Below, in pieces: positions 21,161 to 34,953 of a stretch of DNA of 64,000 nucleotides. Under the pieces are notes generated by a model. The model was not told the DNA's origin. It ran no database searches and saw nothing but the letters and a program-made list of their open reading frames with translations. Position 1 is the first letter of the stretch. The number at the start of each line of letters is the position of its first letter. A program made the position numbers and the translations under genes. The stretch comes from Scyliorhinus canicula (lineage: Eukaryota). The DNA is taken from assembly GCF_902713615.1 (NCBI RefSeq), contig NC_052160.1, forward strand, positions 137,558,737 to 137,622,736. The letters run 5' to 3'.

Positions 21161-21431
21161 TGTTCCAGTATATGTATTGTGTCCTTGTGGGCTCTGTATA
21201 CGAGCCGTTGCGTGGCTCTGCCCATAGGGGGAGATGAGGAGTTTGTACTGGGCTCCACCCTTGGCTCCGCCCATGGCTCCGCCCATGGCTCCTCCCACTA
21301 ACCAGAAGCCTAAAGCTCTGCAGTTGTGAGCCTGCTGCCAGTTCATCTCGTCGCAGGCAGGCTCTGTTGTAAGATTATTAAAACCACTGTTCACTTCCAA
21401 TCACGTGTCTTGTGAATTGATGGTCACATCA
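21161..21431 (+). mobile_element. Solo LTR nested in a longer repeat-like block (about 20940-22360)
   Basis: TGT...ATCA ends, ATTAAA, 12-bp GGCTCCGCCCAT repeats (GC boxes); no clean TSD seen. Confidence 0.55.
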
Positions 21432-24146
21432 GTGTTTGTGTATTTCTCCTCAAAATTCCTCCCTGCCGCTCCGATGATGATCACATAACAGTGTCCAAAC
21501 TCAACTCCCACAAACACACTTTAAAATCTTCTCTGATAATAATACTTTCCCTTAGCAGTTTGAATACTGAAATCCAGACCAAATTTTACAAATTACACTT
21601 TTAAACAAAGCCTCCACTCCATTTTTAACAACAAACCCAGTCCAGGATATTACACCAACGCCTTTAGGATTTCTTGGTCTTAACTATTATGCAAACTGCT
21701 CACAATTGCTTTAACTCCAGATACCCAGAGTGTATTAAAATAGCTTCAGGTGTTTGATTTAGCTCTGAAGGCTGCTGTGCCACTTTAAACAGGGTTACCT
21801 CAATTGTCTCTTTAACTCAGAACACTGCGTTTACTCTTCCTTGAATTCTTCTGAACAATACTTTGGTCTCTGTTTACTTAACTCCAGACCTCTTGGTAAC
21901 TTTTCCAGTTTTCTTAACTCGCTGCTCTTCAGAGCTTTGTACTTGTTTTCTGAACCAAGATTTAATCGTATAGCTTTTCCTCCAGCAAAGCTGAGAGAGA
22001 TGTTCCCTCTCTAACCTTCCAAAGCAACTGCATCTAGGAGCCGTCTCTCTCACTACCGAAATTGAAATAAATCAAAATAAATGCAGCTAAACTAAAACTT
22101 GAAAGCTTCTCAACCTTACAAGGCCCTAATTGTAAATCAACACCCACTTGCTGATGCCTTTTATTTATTCTTCCCACTGCAGCCCTCTCTAAGCATGATA
22201 GAAACACAGTCGGAACTTAACCAACCCCTGCACATACGAACACCTTTGTCTAGCATGAAGCTAACCAAAACTCTTATCCTTCCAAGCACAGAAACATTAA
22301 ACTAAACCCACTTCGAACTATACCTTATTTCTAATGTTTACGAAGCAAATATAAATCTGTTAAAATGGCCTTTGTTTTCTGAACCCAGCGGTTTAAAAAA
22401 AAATTGTTTTCTTGTTCCAGTTACTGATGCTGCTAAGATTGTTCCTTCTCCTTCCCAAAGCTGTTGACTCAATCCTGGGAACTAAATTTCAATTGCGTCA
22501 TTGTTCACATGTAAGCCTTGACATAATTCAACAGTCAATTTGACCCTCAGCTATCTCACAGCTAAACTGAAATCTGCCCTCATTTGATGTTCGTACCAGC
22601 ACATAACCAATCAAGGATCCCTGTTGGCAAAATATTTTTTGGAGACTATGGTGCGATATTATTGTCACTGGGCTGGTAATCCAGAAACCCAGGCTAATGG
22701 TCTGGGGGCATGGGTTTGAATCCCACCCCAGCAACTGAGAGTATTTGAATTCATTAAATAAAGTTTGGATTTGAGAGCTAAGCTCAACAACAGTGGCCAT
22801 GGAAGTATTCTCCATTGTCAGACAAATCCATCCGGTTCACAAATGCTCCTTCAGGGAAGGATATCTGCCGTCCTTACCCAGTCTGGCCTACATGTGACTC
22901 CAGACCCACACTCATGTGGTTGACTCTTAACTGCCCTCTGAAATGGCTGAACGAGACACTCACTTCAACGTCTATTAGTGATGGGCAACAAATGCTGGTC
23001 TTCCAACAATACCCACATCCCATAAACGAATAGCTAAATCAATTATCCTGTTCCCTCTCCCGTCTCACCTAAATTTAGACATCTCGGCAGATGCCTAGAA
23101 TCTCCCTGAGCCATGTTGCTTAGTCCAGCTGTCTGACAGACAATAGGGAAGGACAGGGATTGTTTTCTATTGCTGACCGTTGTTGGTCGGTTGGTTCTGG
23201 TGCAAAGAAAAGTCATTGTAAAAGCCACTGCCGTACTGAGCTTCCATCTGTAGAGCTAATTCAAAGTGGCAGGCACAGCGATTGATACAACGAGGAGAAA
23301 AATACCAGGAGAGCCCACTACTGGGGCTGAACATGGGAGGTCGGAGCCGGGGAAGTATTTTCCCGCTGGGTGGCCATGCAATTAAGGAGAGAAGCCCGCC
23401 CCCAAGAGCTGCTGGACCAATCACAGATGTAGCAGCATCACTGTCAGTGGTGTCAAACGCTGAGGCAGTATCTGCCTGGAAAGAGAATCTCGATGCCTGG
23501 GATCCCTCTAAAAGGGGGTAGATGGCATTGGGCAAAGACAGGGAGCGGGGAGCGGGCATCAAATACCACAAAGCCAGCAGGAATAAAATCAGAATTCGAC
23601 TGAGATCGGCTGCTGTAGTACCCGCAGCTTGTTCAGATGTTTTCTGTTTAAAATTGTGCAATGAAGTTGGAAGATTACTCATTAACCCCAATATTTTGAA
23701 ATGTTCCATGGTTTTCTGATGTCCCTTTCCATTTGCTGACTTCCCATAAATCAAGACAGAAATATTTTCAGAGCGTTGCATGAAAAGGACAGTTTTGTAG
23801 CCGTGGATTTTTCATTGCACTTCTGTGTTACTCCAGAAGCTCAGAATTGATACTCCTCTAAGGGTCTCCAGCTGGGCCGGGGCTGTTATACACCTGGGGC
23901 TCTCCTTGGAAAGGGGAAACCCCACCGCCTTAAAGGGGAAGTCCTGACTGCCTTAAAGGGGAAGTTCATATTCCGGGGAGGTCATGGGAAATGGTTTGGT
24001 TCTGATCCTTCATTGGGGTTATAACAATTATCTTTTACATCCCTTGGGACATCCCAAAATGCTCTACAGCCAATTAAGTACTTTTTTTCGAAGTGTAGTC
24101 ATTGTTGTAATAGGTACGAGTAAATAACAAGGAACCCTTTTTTAAA

Positions 24147-24450
24147 AATAATCTTTATTATCACAAGTAGGATTACATTAACACTGCAATGAAGTTACTG
24201 TGAAAAGCCCCTAGTCGCCACATTCCAGCGCCTGTTCGGGTACACGGAGGGAGATTTCAGAATGTCCAATTCACCTAACAAGCACGTCTATCAGGACTTG
24301 TGGGAGGAAACCGGAGCACCCGGAGGAAACCCACGCAGACACGGGAAGAACGTGCAGACTCCACACTGACAGTGACCCAAGACGGGAATCGAACCTGGGA
24401 CCCTGGAGCTGTGAAGCAACAGTGCTAACCACTGTGCTACCGTGCCGTCC
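24147..24450 (-). mobile_element. V-SINE, B-type tail
   Basis: Reverse complement of 16853-type element. Confidence 0.85.
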
Positions 24451-24648
24451 TTGGAGATTAAGGCTGCCTGGGATTCAGTATATGCCTGTGCCAACACAAT
24501 AACATGAGATCAGATCATGATTGGCAGCAAAGATATTTGGTTCCCATCAGCTGGAGAAGGGCTGCTGTTGAACACTCCCAGGCTTGATTCAAAGCTACAG
24601 GTTACAGAATCCGCCTTTAAACAATTAGCTGCTGGACACCAAAGAATA

Positions 24649-25003
24649 GCGCGGTAGCATTGTGGGTAGCACAATTGCATCACAGCTCCAGGGTCCCAGG
24701 TTCGATTCTGGCTTGGGTCACTGTCTATGTGAAGTCTGCACATTCTCCCCGTGTGTGCGTGGGTTTCCTCCGGGTGCTCCGGTTTCCCTCCACAGTCCAA
24801 AGATGTGCAGGTTAGGTGGATTGGCTATGATAAATTTCCCTTAGTGTCCAAAATTGCCCTTAGTGTTGGGTGGGGTTACTGAGTTATGGGGATAGGGTGG
24901 AGGTGTTGACCTTGGGTGCTCTTTCCAGGAGCCGGTGCAGACTTGATGGGCCGAATGGCCTCCTTCTGCACTGCAAATTCTATGATACCTATGATATCTA
25001 TGA
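24649..25003 (+). mobile_element. V-SINE with (CTATGATA)-like tail
   Basis: GCGGTAGCATTGTGGGTAGC head, core, GGCCTCCTTCTGCACTGCAAATTCTATGA tail. Confidence 0.85.
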
Positions 25004-25586
25004 ATAGCTGGGGCGGAAATGGCTGCTGAAAAGGTGGAATGAAGGCTCTGCAACTTGGGCTTCGTGTGGGACATGGTGACAAACTCATAGAATGTTCGGT
25101 CCTCCAGCAGTTCAGCAGGCTGTAAAAAACAACAAAGCCATTTTTGTCAGGACTTCCTCATCAAAAGCTGAATATAGTCCCTCATAAACTCATTAACCTT
25201 TAAGGGCCACACATTCAATGAACATTTCGACCGCACAATGGAAGTCAATCAGAAACATGCGGCTGAATTCTCCGTCGTCGGGTTTCTCCATTTTGCCGGC
25301 AGCCCGGGGGTTTCCTGACGGCGTGGAGCTGCTCCACAATGGGAAACCCCATTGACCAGCTGGAAAAATTGAGGATCCCGATGGCGTGCCAGAGGGAGGA
25401 ACCCGCCCATGGTGTTCAGATTCATCTGTCAGTGTAGGTGCGAATGAAAAGCCAAATTTTCAATTGTACATTATGTTCCCAATTATACATCATGTCCCCA
25501 TGTCTCCGAAACATCCCAAAGGACTCCAGGCAGAATTAAATTTATTGTGCAGTTGTTCCCATTGTCATACGTAAACACAGTGGGCA

Positions 25587-25896
25587 TAATAATAATCTAA
25601 TAATCTTTATTAGTGTCACAAGTAGGCTTACATTAACACTGCAATGAAGTTACTTTGAAACTCCCCTAGTCGCCACACTCCGGCGCCTGTTCGGGTACAC
25701 GGAGGGAAAATTCAAAATATCCAATTCACCTAATCGTGCGTCTTTCGGGACTTGTGGGAGGAAACCGGAGCACCCGGAGGAAACCCACGCAGACACGGGG
25801 AGAACATGCAGACTCCACACAGACAGTCACCCAAGCCGGGAATCGAACTCGGGACCCTGGCGCTGTGAAGCAGCAGGGCTAACCCCTGTGCCATCC
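25587..25896 (-). mobile_element. V-SINE, B-type tail
   Basis: Reverse complement of B-type SINE. Confidence 0.85.
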
Positions 25897-26384
25897 ATAT
25901 TATGAGCAGCAAATTTCCACAAATAACAAATAGATAAATGACGAGTTAACAGGTCACAAAGATCAATCAAGAACACAAGAGACAGGAGGAAGTGTGGACC
26001 ATTCAGCCCGTCGAGTCTCCCCCCGCCATTTAGTATGATCTCCACCGACCTTGGGCTTCAACTCCACTTCCCTCTCCGTACCCCATGCCCCCACCTCCCT
26101 ACCCAGATTCCCTGAGACACCAAAAATCTGTCTATCCCAGATTTAAAGGTGCTCAACGATGGAGCACCAAAATGCTCTGGGATAGAAAATTCCCAAGATT
26201 CACAAACCTGAGATTGAAGGAATTTCTCCTCATCTCATTCCTAAATGATCGGCCCCTTTGCCCCGAGGCTGTGCCTCTGTGTTTTAGATTCCCCAAGCTG
26301 TGGAATCTCGCAGTGCCCACCCCATCAAACCCCTTCAGAATCTTGTACATTTCAAAGAGATTGGCAGAAATGTATGCAAATTTT

Positions 26385-27262
26385 GAGTGTTTACGTAGGA
26401 AGTCCCGCACCTGCAGATACCTGAATTTGTTTCCCCTCGCCAACCCAAACTTCTCCTCCAGCGCCCTCATACTCGGAAAGCTCCCCTCTATAAACATATC
26501 CCCCATCCTCTCAATCCCTGCTCTCCGCCATATCCAGAACCCCCCATCCATACTTCCCGGGGCGAACCGATGATTATTACAGATTGGGGACCAGACCGAT
26601 GCTCCCTCTGCTCCCACATGTCTCCTCCATTGCCCCCAGCCTCTCAGGGCCGCCACCACCACGGGGCTGGTGGAGTACTGTGCCGGCGGGAACGGCAGAG
26701 GAGCAGTTACCAACGCCCCCAGACTGGTGCCCTTACATGAAGCCGCCTCCATACGCTCCCATGCCGACCCCTCCCCCACCACCCACTTCCTAATCATGGC
26801 TATATTTGCCACCCAGTAACAGTTACTAAAATTTGGCAGCGCCAGCCCGCCCTCTCCCCGACTCCGCTCAAACATTACCTTCCTTACTCGCGGGGTCTTG
26901 CCCGCCCAAACAAAGCCAGAGATCACTTTGTTGACCTGTTTAAAAAAGGATCATGGAATAAAGATGGGGAGACATTGAAACACGAACAGGAATCTTGGGA
27001 GGACCGTCATCTTCACCGTCTGCACTCTCCCAGCTAATGACAACGGGAGCGCGTCCCACATCTGAAAATCATCCTTCATTTGGTCTACTAGTCGGGCCAG
27101 ATTTAATTTTTGCATCCGGTCCCATTCCCGCGCCACTTGAATGCCGAGGTACCTAAAGCTTCCCCCTACTAACCTAAACGGCAGCTCCACCAATCGCCTC
27201 TCCTGTCCCCTCGCCTGGACCGCAAACATCCCTACCTCCCTTCCTCTGCACGTCGTTAGTCC
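26385..27262 (-). mobile_element. L1-clade LINE ORF2 fragment (post-RT region)
   Basis: FRYLGI...[44 protein letters not shown]...GGLALPNF...YW; typical L1 C-terminal region with one in-frame stop at 26951-26953. Confidence 0.85.
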
Positions 27263-27954
27263 TGGCCACGTGCAGCCACATGTCGGCATCGCTGCTGCTG
27301 CTCAATTGCCATCAAAAGAACTGCCAGCTCAACTGGCTACATCATTCTCTCAAACCACAAACTGAAAGGAAGAGAACAGGAAAGCGGGTGATGAGGATTC
27401 CTGACAAAGTCCTGACCTCTCAGGATCCGGGACATCCATCCCTGCTAATCCCCATGATAGCACCTTTCCAATGATCCTCACTCCTTCCCCTGTCACACAG
27501 TGGACAATTTCCCACATTTGCTCCTCTTAACTGCACCTGAATGAAGGGTTTTAACCCTTGAGAACCCCAGCGGGCAGCGTGACTCCCCCAAGGGTGAGGA
27601 GTGAGGGCAGTTGAGTGCATTCGTGGACCTGTGCTCTGACCTAATGGGGGAACGAGATGCTGCCACTTGTCATGTCCTGAACGGGGTGACTAATGTGCGC
27701 TGAAACCCACCTGCCTTGCATTAGGGGCAATACCTGTGACACCTCTCTGTTATGAGTGTCAGCCTGGAGTTCAATGCTTGGGGGCTAAGCTCCCAAATAT
27801 TTTGATTGACATAAATAACCAAGTTAACAAAATCAAATGAACTGAGAGACAAATTAAAGGGAAAGTCCCCAAAGGGAAACTGCTTTTAACTCCCAACTAT
27901 TTTGTTTAACACAAATAACTAAGTAAACAAAATCAAATGAACTTAGGAACTTAG

Positions 27955-28307
27955 GGGGCAGCACGGTAGCATGGTGGTTAGCATAAATGCTTCACAGCTC
28001 GTGTATCCCAGGTTCGATTCCCGGCTGGGTCACTGTCTGTGCAGAGTCTGCACGTCCTCCCCGTGTGTGCGTGGGTTTCCTCCGGGTGCTCCAGTTTCCT
28101 CCCACAGTCCAAAGATGTGGGGGTTAGGTGGATTGGCCATGTTAAATTGCCCGTAGTGTCCTAAAAAAAAAAGTAAGGTTAAGGGGGTTTGTTGGGTTAC
28201 TGGTATAGGGTGGATACGTGGGTTTGAGTAGGGTGATCATGGCTCGGCACAACATCGAGGGCCGAAGGGCCTGTTCTGTGCTGTACTGTTCTATGTTCTA
28301 TGTTCTA
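27955..28307 (+). mobile_element. Full-length HE1-like V-SINE
   Basis: Near-identical to 10221 copy, (GTTCTAT)n tail. Confidence 0.9.
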
Positions 28308-28989
28308 GGAAGCCTTAAGCTCCCAAAGGGTTAACTATTGGATGCCAATCAGTGGCACACTCATACATTCAATACTGACTAAATTGGCACAATTGACTTG
28401 TTAAGGCAGGTTCACGGAGCTAATAGGCTTCCCTTGGGTCAGGTGAGGCACACCTGATGGATGTGAAGACTGCAATTTGCAGTCACCCTCGTTCTCAGAG
28501 GCAATTCTCATTCTCTCAGCTCCCCTAGGCTGCCGATTAAACGAGCCTTCCAATTCGAACAGCCAGACACTCAAACACTAACCCCTGAGAGCCTCCAGAA
28601 TCAGTGGCATTGAACTTCCAGACAGCTCAGGCCCCAGGTTGCAAAGTGCAGCCTGAGTGTAGGGGTTCTGATAGCACTCCCCCCTCCCCCAGTGTCCTCT
28701 GTCCTCATGAAGCTGGTAACCACAAGGCAAACAAGCAGGACACAGGAAGCATTACTTGCCATCCAACCTCCAGACCCCTTGAAACATCTCTCCCCGAGAT
28801 GCCGAGAATCAACCTCCCCACGGCCTCGGGTAGAAGCTATCTGGGTCCTCCCGGGAAGGCCCCTGCGCTTGTTACCCTGGAGGGTAATGGAGTCCTGAGC
28901 TCTCGCCTCTGATATTCCTCCAGAGGTGAGGTCGCCAGATTCTGTTTTTTATGTAGTTGTTGTCATTCCAGCATTGTGTCATGCCAGAT

Positions 28990-29150
28990 TGCAATGAATG
29001 CTCAGTGAGGGGGGAAGATTGTTCACGCCGGACTGCAATGAATGCTCAGTGAGGGGGGAAGATTGTTCACGCCGGACTGCAATGAATGCTCAGTGAGGGG
29101 GGAAGATTGTTCACGCCGGACTGCAATGAATGCTCAGTGAGGGGGGGGAA
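28990..29150 (+). repeat. 44-bp minisatellite, about 3.7 copies
   Basis: Unit TGCAATGAATGCTCAGTGAGGGGGGAAGATTGTTCACGCCGGAC starts at 28990, 29034, 29078, 29122. Confidence 0.95.
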
Positions 29151-29270
29151 GTCCCAGCAGGAGGGCTTGCTAATGAGATGTTAAATCATCCAAATAATGT
29201 TCCTGACATTCCTGGGTGGGGAGCCTATAGATATAAGACATCAACTCTCTTATCTTCTGAGATGCGTCAT

Positions 29271-29579
29271 TAGAATCATAGAATTCCAACATTGCGGAAG
29301 GAAGGTCTGCACCCACCCTCCGAAAGAGCACCCTACGTAAGCCCATATCCCCAGCCTCTCCCTGTAAACCCAGCTAAACCTTTGAACACCTAAGGGGGAG
29401 TTTAGTATAGCCAATGCACTTAACTTGCACATCTTTGGACTGTGGGAGGAAACTGGAGCACCCGGAGGAAACCCACGCAGACACAGGGAGAAAGTGCAAA
29501 CTCCACATGGACACCCAAGGCTAGAATTGAACCGGGGCCCCTGGAGCTGTGAGGCAGCAGTGCTAACCACTGTGCCGCC
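29271..29579 (-). mobile_element. V-SINE
   Basis: Reverse complement of head, core and tail. Confidence 0.8.
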
Positions 29580-30147
29580 TCCAGGTGTGCATCTTCTCAT
29601 TCCGGGAAATGTAATGCAGCTCGCGCGAATCCCGATCCTGCGGGATTTTGCACCCGCGTCGCCATTCTCGCTGACGGCTAATGCCGTCTCAAAATTCCAC
29701 CCAATACATTTTAACCATCTTAAGGCCGATAAATGAACCAAATTTGGCTGATGACTGATTTGGAAGTTCACTTTCAGCTGATGAAAATGGGTGAAAACGT
29801 AAGAGAAGTGCAGCAGAGATTTTTTTAAAAACTGAGCACAAACTGATTATTAGTTTGTGTTCCTCCTCATTATTTCAGTTGCATTATTGGGCCACCAGGG
29901 GTGGTGTTTGGTATAAAGGTTCCATTTGGGGCAACGATAATAAATACTACCCACTTCATCTGTTGTAAGAAAGGCTTATTAGTAATGGGTGATATCTAAA
30001 TTGTTGACAAAATGATGAGCAGTAGTTAATACCTAGATAGTCACATTGGATGATGATGATAAAGATCTTGAAACACCCAAGTTGTTAAGATATGAAGTTG
30101 TGTGACATCTCAAAGATTAGTTTGCTACACTTCAGCTGCAATATATA

Positions 30148-30313
30148 GGGCTGGATTCTCTGCCGTCGGGATGCTCCATTTTGCCGGCAGCCCGGGGGTT
30201 TCCCGATGGCGTGGGGCTGCCCCACAATGGGAAACCCCATTGACCAGCCAGAGTAACAGAGTATCCCGCCGGCGTGCTGAAACAGAAATGTAGCGGGGCG
30301 GAGAATCCAGCCC
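30148..30313. mobile_element. Complete 166-bp Harbinger-type MITE
   Basis: Perfect 13-bp TIR GGGCTGGATTCTC/GAGAATCCAGCCC, ATA on both flanks; related copy near 25260-25410. Confidence 0.85.
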
Positions 30314-30665
30314 ATAATATCTGGGCAGTGAGAAAATTTTGCCTTGTCCTTCCCCTGTCTTGGTTATGACTGTGGGAGGCGGAATAGGCAGGTCAGAAGA
30401 TGAGAGATTGAGGGTTTTATATCTGTAGGTTTACCTGTATTTTTGAGTCTCTCAGAACTGCTACTACTTTGCCCAGGTATGCTGCTTTGAGGCTTATTAT
30501 TTTGGACAATATTTGTAGAAAAAGAACAGCTACATTGCTTCAGTTATTGCCTTATGGTGACTCGCCAAAAAACACAAACTATTATTGGTGGTCTGCATTG
30601 TCTGCCACATTCAATAGACACTTGATAGCCTTGAATTTGTGCTTCAGCTGGTTTTCCTTGTCTCA

Positions 30666-30990
30666 GGGGCAGCACAGTAGCACACACGTGGTTGGCACTG
30701 TGGCTTCACAGCGCCAGGGTCCCAGGTTCAATTCCCCGCTGGGTCACTGTCTGTGCGGAGTCTGCACGTTCTCCCCGTGTCTGCGCGGGTTTTCTCCGGG
30801 TGCGGAGTTTCCTCCCACAGTCCAAAGACCTGCAGGTTAGGTGGATTGGCCATGCTAAATTGCCCCTTTAGTGTCCAAAAAGGTTAGGAGGAGTTATTGG
30901 GTTACGGGGATAGAGTGGAAGTGAGGACTTAAATGGGTCGGTGTGAACTCGATGGGCCGAATGGCCTCCTTCTGCACTGTATGTTTTATG
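30666..30990 (+). mobile_element. V-SINE
   Basis: Head, core and tail recognisable. Confidence 0.85.
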
Positions 30991-31492
30991 TAATACTATG
31001 TTAGCAGTGCTAATAATGACAATTAAGGCTCCTTGTTCAGTATGTTACTGTATTTTCAATGCTACATCATCCCACAGTTCCCTCCGCTTGAGACCCTCTT
31101 TCAGAAGGTCATCGATTTCTGTCTTAAAGCAAGAATGAAACTTTGAGGTTAGGAAAGGTATACAATTTCAGTGTGAGCAGGCTGCATTACAATTCCCAGT
31201 TTGTGCTGCCACTCCAGAACATGCACTTTTAAAAAAGAAAATGACAGAATCGGCACAGGCCAATCCACAATGAATATGGTCATCACACCCACCATCAGTC
31301 TGAACTCCATCCAAGAGTTCATTGGCCACTGGAGTCAGTGCAAGAAAGAACAGGAATCAAAGTGGTTATTTTATTGATCGAACCCAGTCAAGTGTTTTTT
31401 GCTTCAGGGGATGTTTAGTCTAATCCACTGCTGATGATGTAAGCCAGTGAATTCTGGAGCCTCAGTTGTGTTCACAGGGTCCCAGGACACAG

Positions 31493-31830
31493 TCATAGAA
31501 TCGTAGAATTTACAGTGCAGAAGGAGGCCTTTCGGCCCATCGAGCCTGCACTAACCCTCTGAAAGAGCACCCTGCCTAGGCCCACACCCCCACTCTGTCC
31601 ACGTAACCTAACCTAACCTGTACATCAAGGGGCAATTGATTATGGCCAATCCACCTAACCTGCACATCTTTAGACTGTGGGAGGAAACCGGAGCACCCGG
31701 AGGAAACCCACGCAGACACAGGGAGAAAGTACAAACCCCCACAGATGGTCACCCGAGGCTGGAATTGAACCTGGATCCCTAAAGCTGTGGGGTAACAGAG
31801 CTAACTAACCACTGAGCCACCGTGCCGCCC
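31493..31830 (-). mobile_element. V-SINE
   Basis: Reverse complement of head, core and tail. Confidence 0.85.
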
Positions 31831-32515
31831 TGAGTCGCAGTAGGGCCAGCCCTGTAATGAGGCAGTGTGTGGTTGGTCTTTCGCTGGGCTCTTTGGCTGC
31901 TTGACAACTTGTGCAGTGGCATGGATTACACAGCCTATTGTTACTCTAACATTATTTTACTCCACAACTGTAGCAACGTTGGCTCACCAGCTGGGTATGA
32001 ACCAACTAAGGTTTATTTGCAACCTACTGGCTGGAATTCTCTGGCCATTTAGATTCTCTGTTCCCGCCGGCAGCATATCCCTGTTCCCGGGTTTCCTGAT
32101 GGCGTGCGGTGGCTTCAATGGGAAATCCTATTGACAAGCGTTGGGAGCAGGGGATTCTGCCAGCAGCGAACGGCACGTCACTGGGTAACATGTGGCTGGG
32201 GGACCGGAGAATCCAGACTCGTATATCTTACAGCCTTACTGCGTCGTGACTACCAGTCAGCATCGATCTGAGGCAAAAGCCCCCGACCCCGACCCTAGTC
32301 CCCTGATTGTTTTTTTTCGGGTCATGAGACCCTGTCGGCCAATCACCCCCTTTATCGGGGCTAGACACAGACGCTGCAATTTTCTTTCTCCTTCAAGTAT
32401 GTATCCAATTCCCTTTAGAAAGTTAAGATGGAAACTGTGTCCACCACCCTTTCAAAATGCAGATACCACATCATAACACGGGCTGCCAAAATGTATTTCA
32501 CCAATTTCTTTCACA

Positions 32516-32955
32516 TTGGATTGGATTTGTTTATTGTCACGTGTACCGAGGTTTCATGTACTTAATGATCTGCGAGCGGCTCAACAGATCATTAAGTACA
32601 TGAAATGAAAACGAAATAGAAGAAAATTCATAATAGGGCAACACAAGGTACACAATGTAACTACATAAGGACCGGCATTGGATGAAGCATACAGGGTGTA
32701 GTGTTAATGAGGTCAGTCCATAAGAGGGTCATTTAGGTATCTGGTAACAGTGGGGAAGAAGCCGTTTTTGAGTCTGCTCGTGCGTGTTCTCAGACTTTTG
32801 TATCTCCTGCCCGATGGAAGAGGTTGGAAGAGTGAGTAAGCCGGGTGGGAGGGGTCTTTGATTATGCTGCCCGCTTTCCCCAGGCAGCAGGAGGTGTAGT
32901 CGGAGTTGATGGACGGGAGGCAGGTTCGTGTGGTGGGAGGCAGGTTCGTATTGCT
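32516..32955 (-). mobile_element. Rex1/Babar-type LINE 3' fragment
   Basis: Minus-strand translation KAGSIIKDPSHPAYSLFQPLPSGRRYKSLRTRTSRLKNGFFP, typical of the Rex/Babar ORF C-terminus. Confidence 0.7.
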
Positions 32956-33900
32956 TCTTAGTTTTGGTTCAGGTGCCAAACATATTTCAATGTCTCCTTC
33001 CGTGATCAAACTAAATCACAAACGAATGTGACCGTGCAGATCGTCCTCTAACAGTGGATGAATCACATGCATGATAGATTATTAACACTATGTAAAGGAA
33101 ACTAGCTGACCTCTAACCAGCAGCCTGCTTGTGGATATTATGTGAGGACAGGATTGGAGTGAATCTGCGATTCTTCTTGTTGGTGGCCATTATCTAAGGA
33201 TATTGGAAAGGAAAATTAGCCATCAGACAGCTATCTGGTCTCCGTCGGAAACCTGGACAGAATCTTTTTTTAAATTCACTAATGGGATGTGGACGTCACT
33301 GGCTGGGCCAGCATTTGTTACCCATCCCTAATTGCCCTTAAACTGAATGGCTCGCTAGGCCATTTCAGAGGGCATTTCAGAGTCAACTGCTTTGCCAGGG
33401 TCCTGGAGTCACGTGTAAGCCAGACCGGGTAAGGTTGGCAGATTTCCTTCCCTAACGGACACGAGAGAACCAGATGGGTTTTTGCGACTATCGACAATGA
33501 TTTCATGGCCATCATTAGACTTTTAATTCCAAATGTTTACGTAATTCAAATTCCACCATCTGCCACGCTGGGATTTGAACCCAGGTCCCCAGTGACAATG
33601 CCATTGCGCCACCGCCTTCCCACGCGACGTAGGGTCCCGCCCGTCGGTGGAATGTTCTGGTTCTGCCAAAGTCAATGGACTTTTTAATAGCTCGGGCATC
33701 TTGCAGACTCGCCCCAGCTGCAACAGGGCCATAAGGTTCCATCCCCTGCTCCTACAGATTGGCATCCTGCAAAGATCAGTGCTTTCAGCGGGAGAGATGG
33801 GGAGAAGATTGGGAAATTCAAAATTGAAGGCTTTATTGCTCAGGGAATGAAAATGAGTTTCAATTCAGAGAAATTAACTTTCCTCTCTTCATCTTCACAG

Positions 33901-34010
33901 CACCTCAAGTTTTTCCATGATACTAGTGGTAACCGTGCTCGGAGTTCTTATTGTCATGTTCCTTGTTGCTGCTGTTGTTGTCATAAGATGCAGAAACCAA
34001 ATTGCAGCTG
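33901..34010 (+). CDS. Gene 1 exon 5: transmembrane domain
   Basis: Acceptor TTCCTCTCTTCATCTTCACAG|, donor CTG|GTAAGT; TSSFS-MILVVTVLGVLIVMFLVAAVVVI-RCRNQIAA; no charged TM residue; phase 2 to 1. Confidence 0.85.
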
Positions 34011-34900
34011 GTAAGTTACAGAATTTCGAGAATTCCAATTCCAAGTGCAAAGGAAAACCTTTCCCTTTCCAGCTGGGAAAAGTGTAGGGTGAGTGAGGCA
34101 GGAAATTTCCTCAAGAGCTGCTCCCGTGCAATTGGCCGGAATTGCCTCCAGGGAGGGGAGGATTCATCGGAGGTCATGGGGTTACTGCCGATTGTGGCGA
34201 TGAAAAGTGTGAGACAGCAGCCCCGAGGAACTTCCCAGCCTCATTCACAGTTACAAATCTGACCGAGCTGAGGCAGGATCAATGTGCAAATGTTTCTCCT
34301 TCTGCTGTAGTGGGATATAAAATAAACTCTGCGAGGCCACTCGCTTGTCACAGGCCCAAACAGCTTCGGTCAGCTGCACGGGCCAGAGCCTTGTGCCAAT
34401 GCTACATGTAAAGAAAAAGAAAATACTTGTGTTTAAGTGGCACCATCCACCTCAGAACATTCCAAAGGGCTTTGCCGCCAATTAAGTACTTTTGTAATGC
34501 TGTAAGTGCAGGAAATGTAACAAGCTTACCACAAAGCAGCTCATCAGCATTTTGGTGAAGTTGGATGAGGGTTAAACATTAGTCGGGACACTGGGGAACG
34601 TTTTCCTGCTCACCTTCGATATGGGAGAGCGGAGAAGCTGTAACATTCACCAAAGGCTTTCAGATTCCTCGGTTTATCATCTTATCCAAAATATAGAATC
34701 CCGAATGGTGCTTCGCTGCCTGAGTGATGCCCTAGAGTGTCAGGCTGGACCTTTGTGTTCGAGTCTGTGGAGTGGGACTTGAATCCACAACTTACTGACT
34801 CGGAGTGTTACCAACTGAGGCACAGCTGACACCTGCAGGAATCTCTCCAGCAGCAGTAGCCAAGCTGAACAATGAATAAGAACATGCCTTGACCCTACAG

Positions 34901-34953
34901 ATTTAAATGAAGCCATAGAAAGTGAACAATATACAATGCAGCACACACAAGGA
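34901..34953 (+). CDS. Gene 1 candidate cytoplasmic exon A
   Basis: Acceptor CCTTGACCCTACAG|, donor GGA|GTAAGT; phase 1 to 0; (D)LNEAIESEQYTMQHTQG. Confidence 0.5.

Noticed and set aside
23167-23781. 204-aa minus-strand ORF
   Set aside because: No recognisable domain, no supporting splice structure, TTG/GTG-type start; the sequence looks like decayed transposon DNA.
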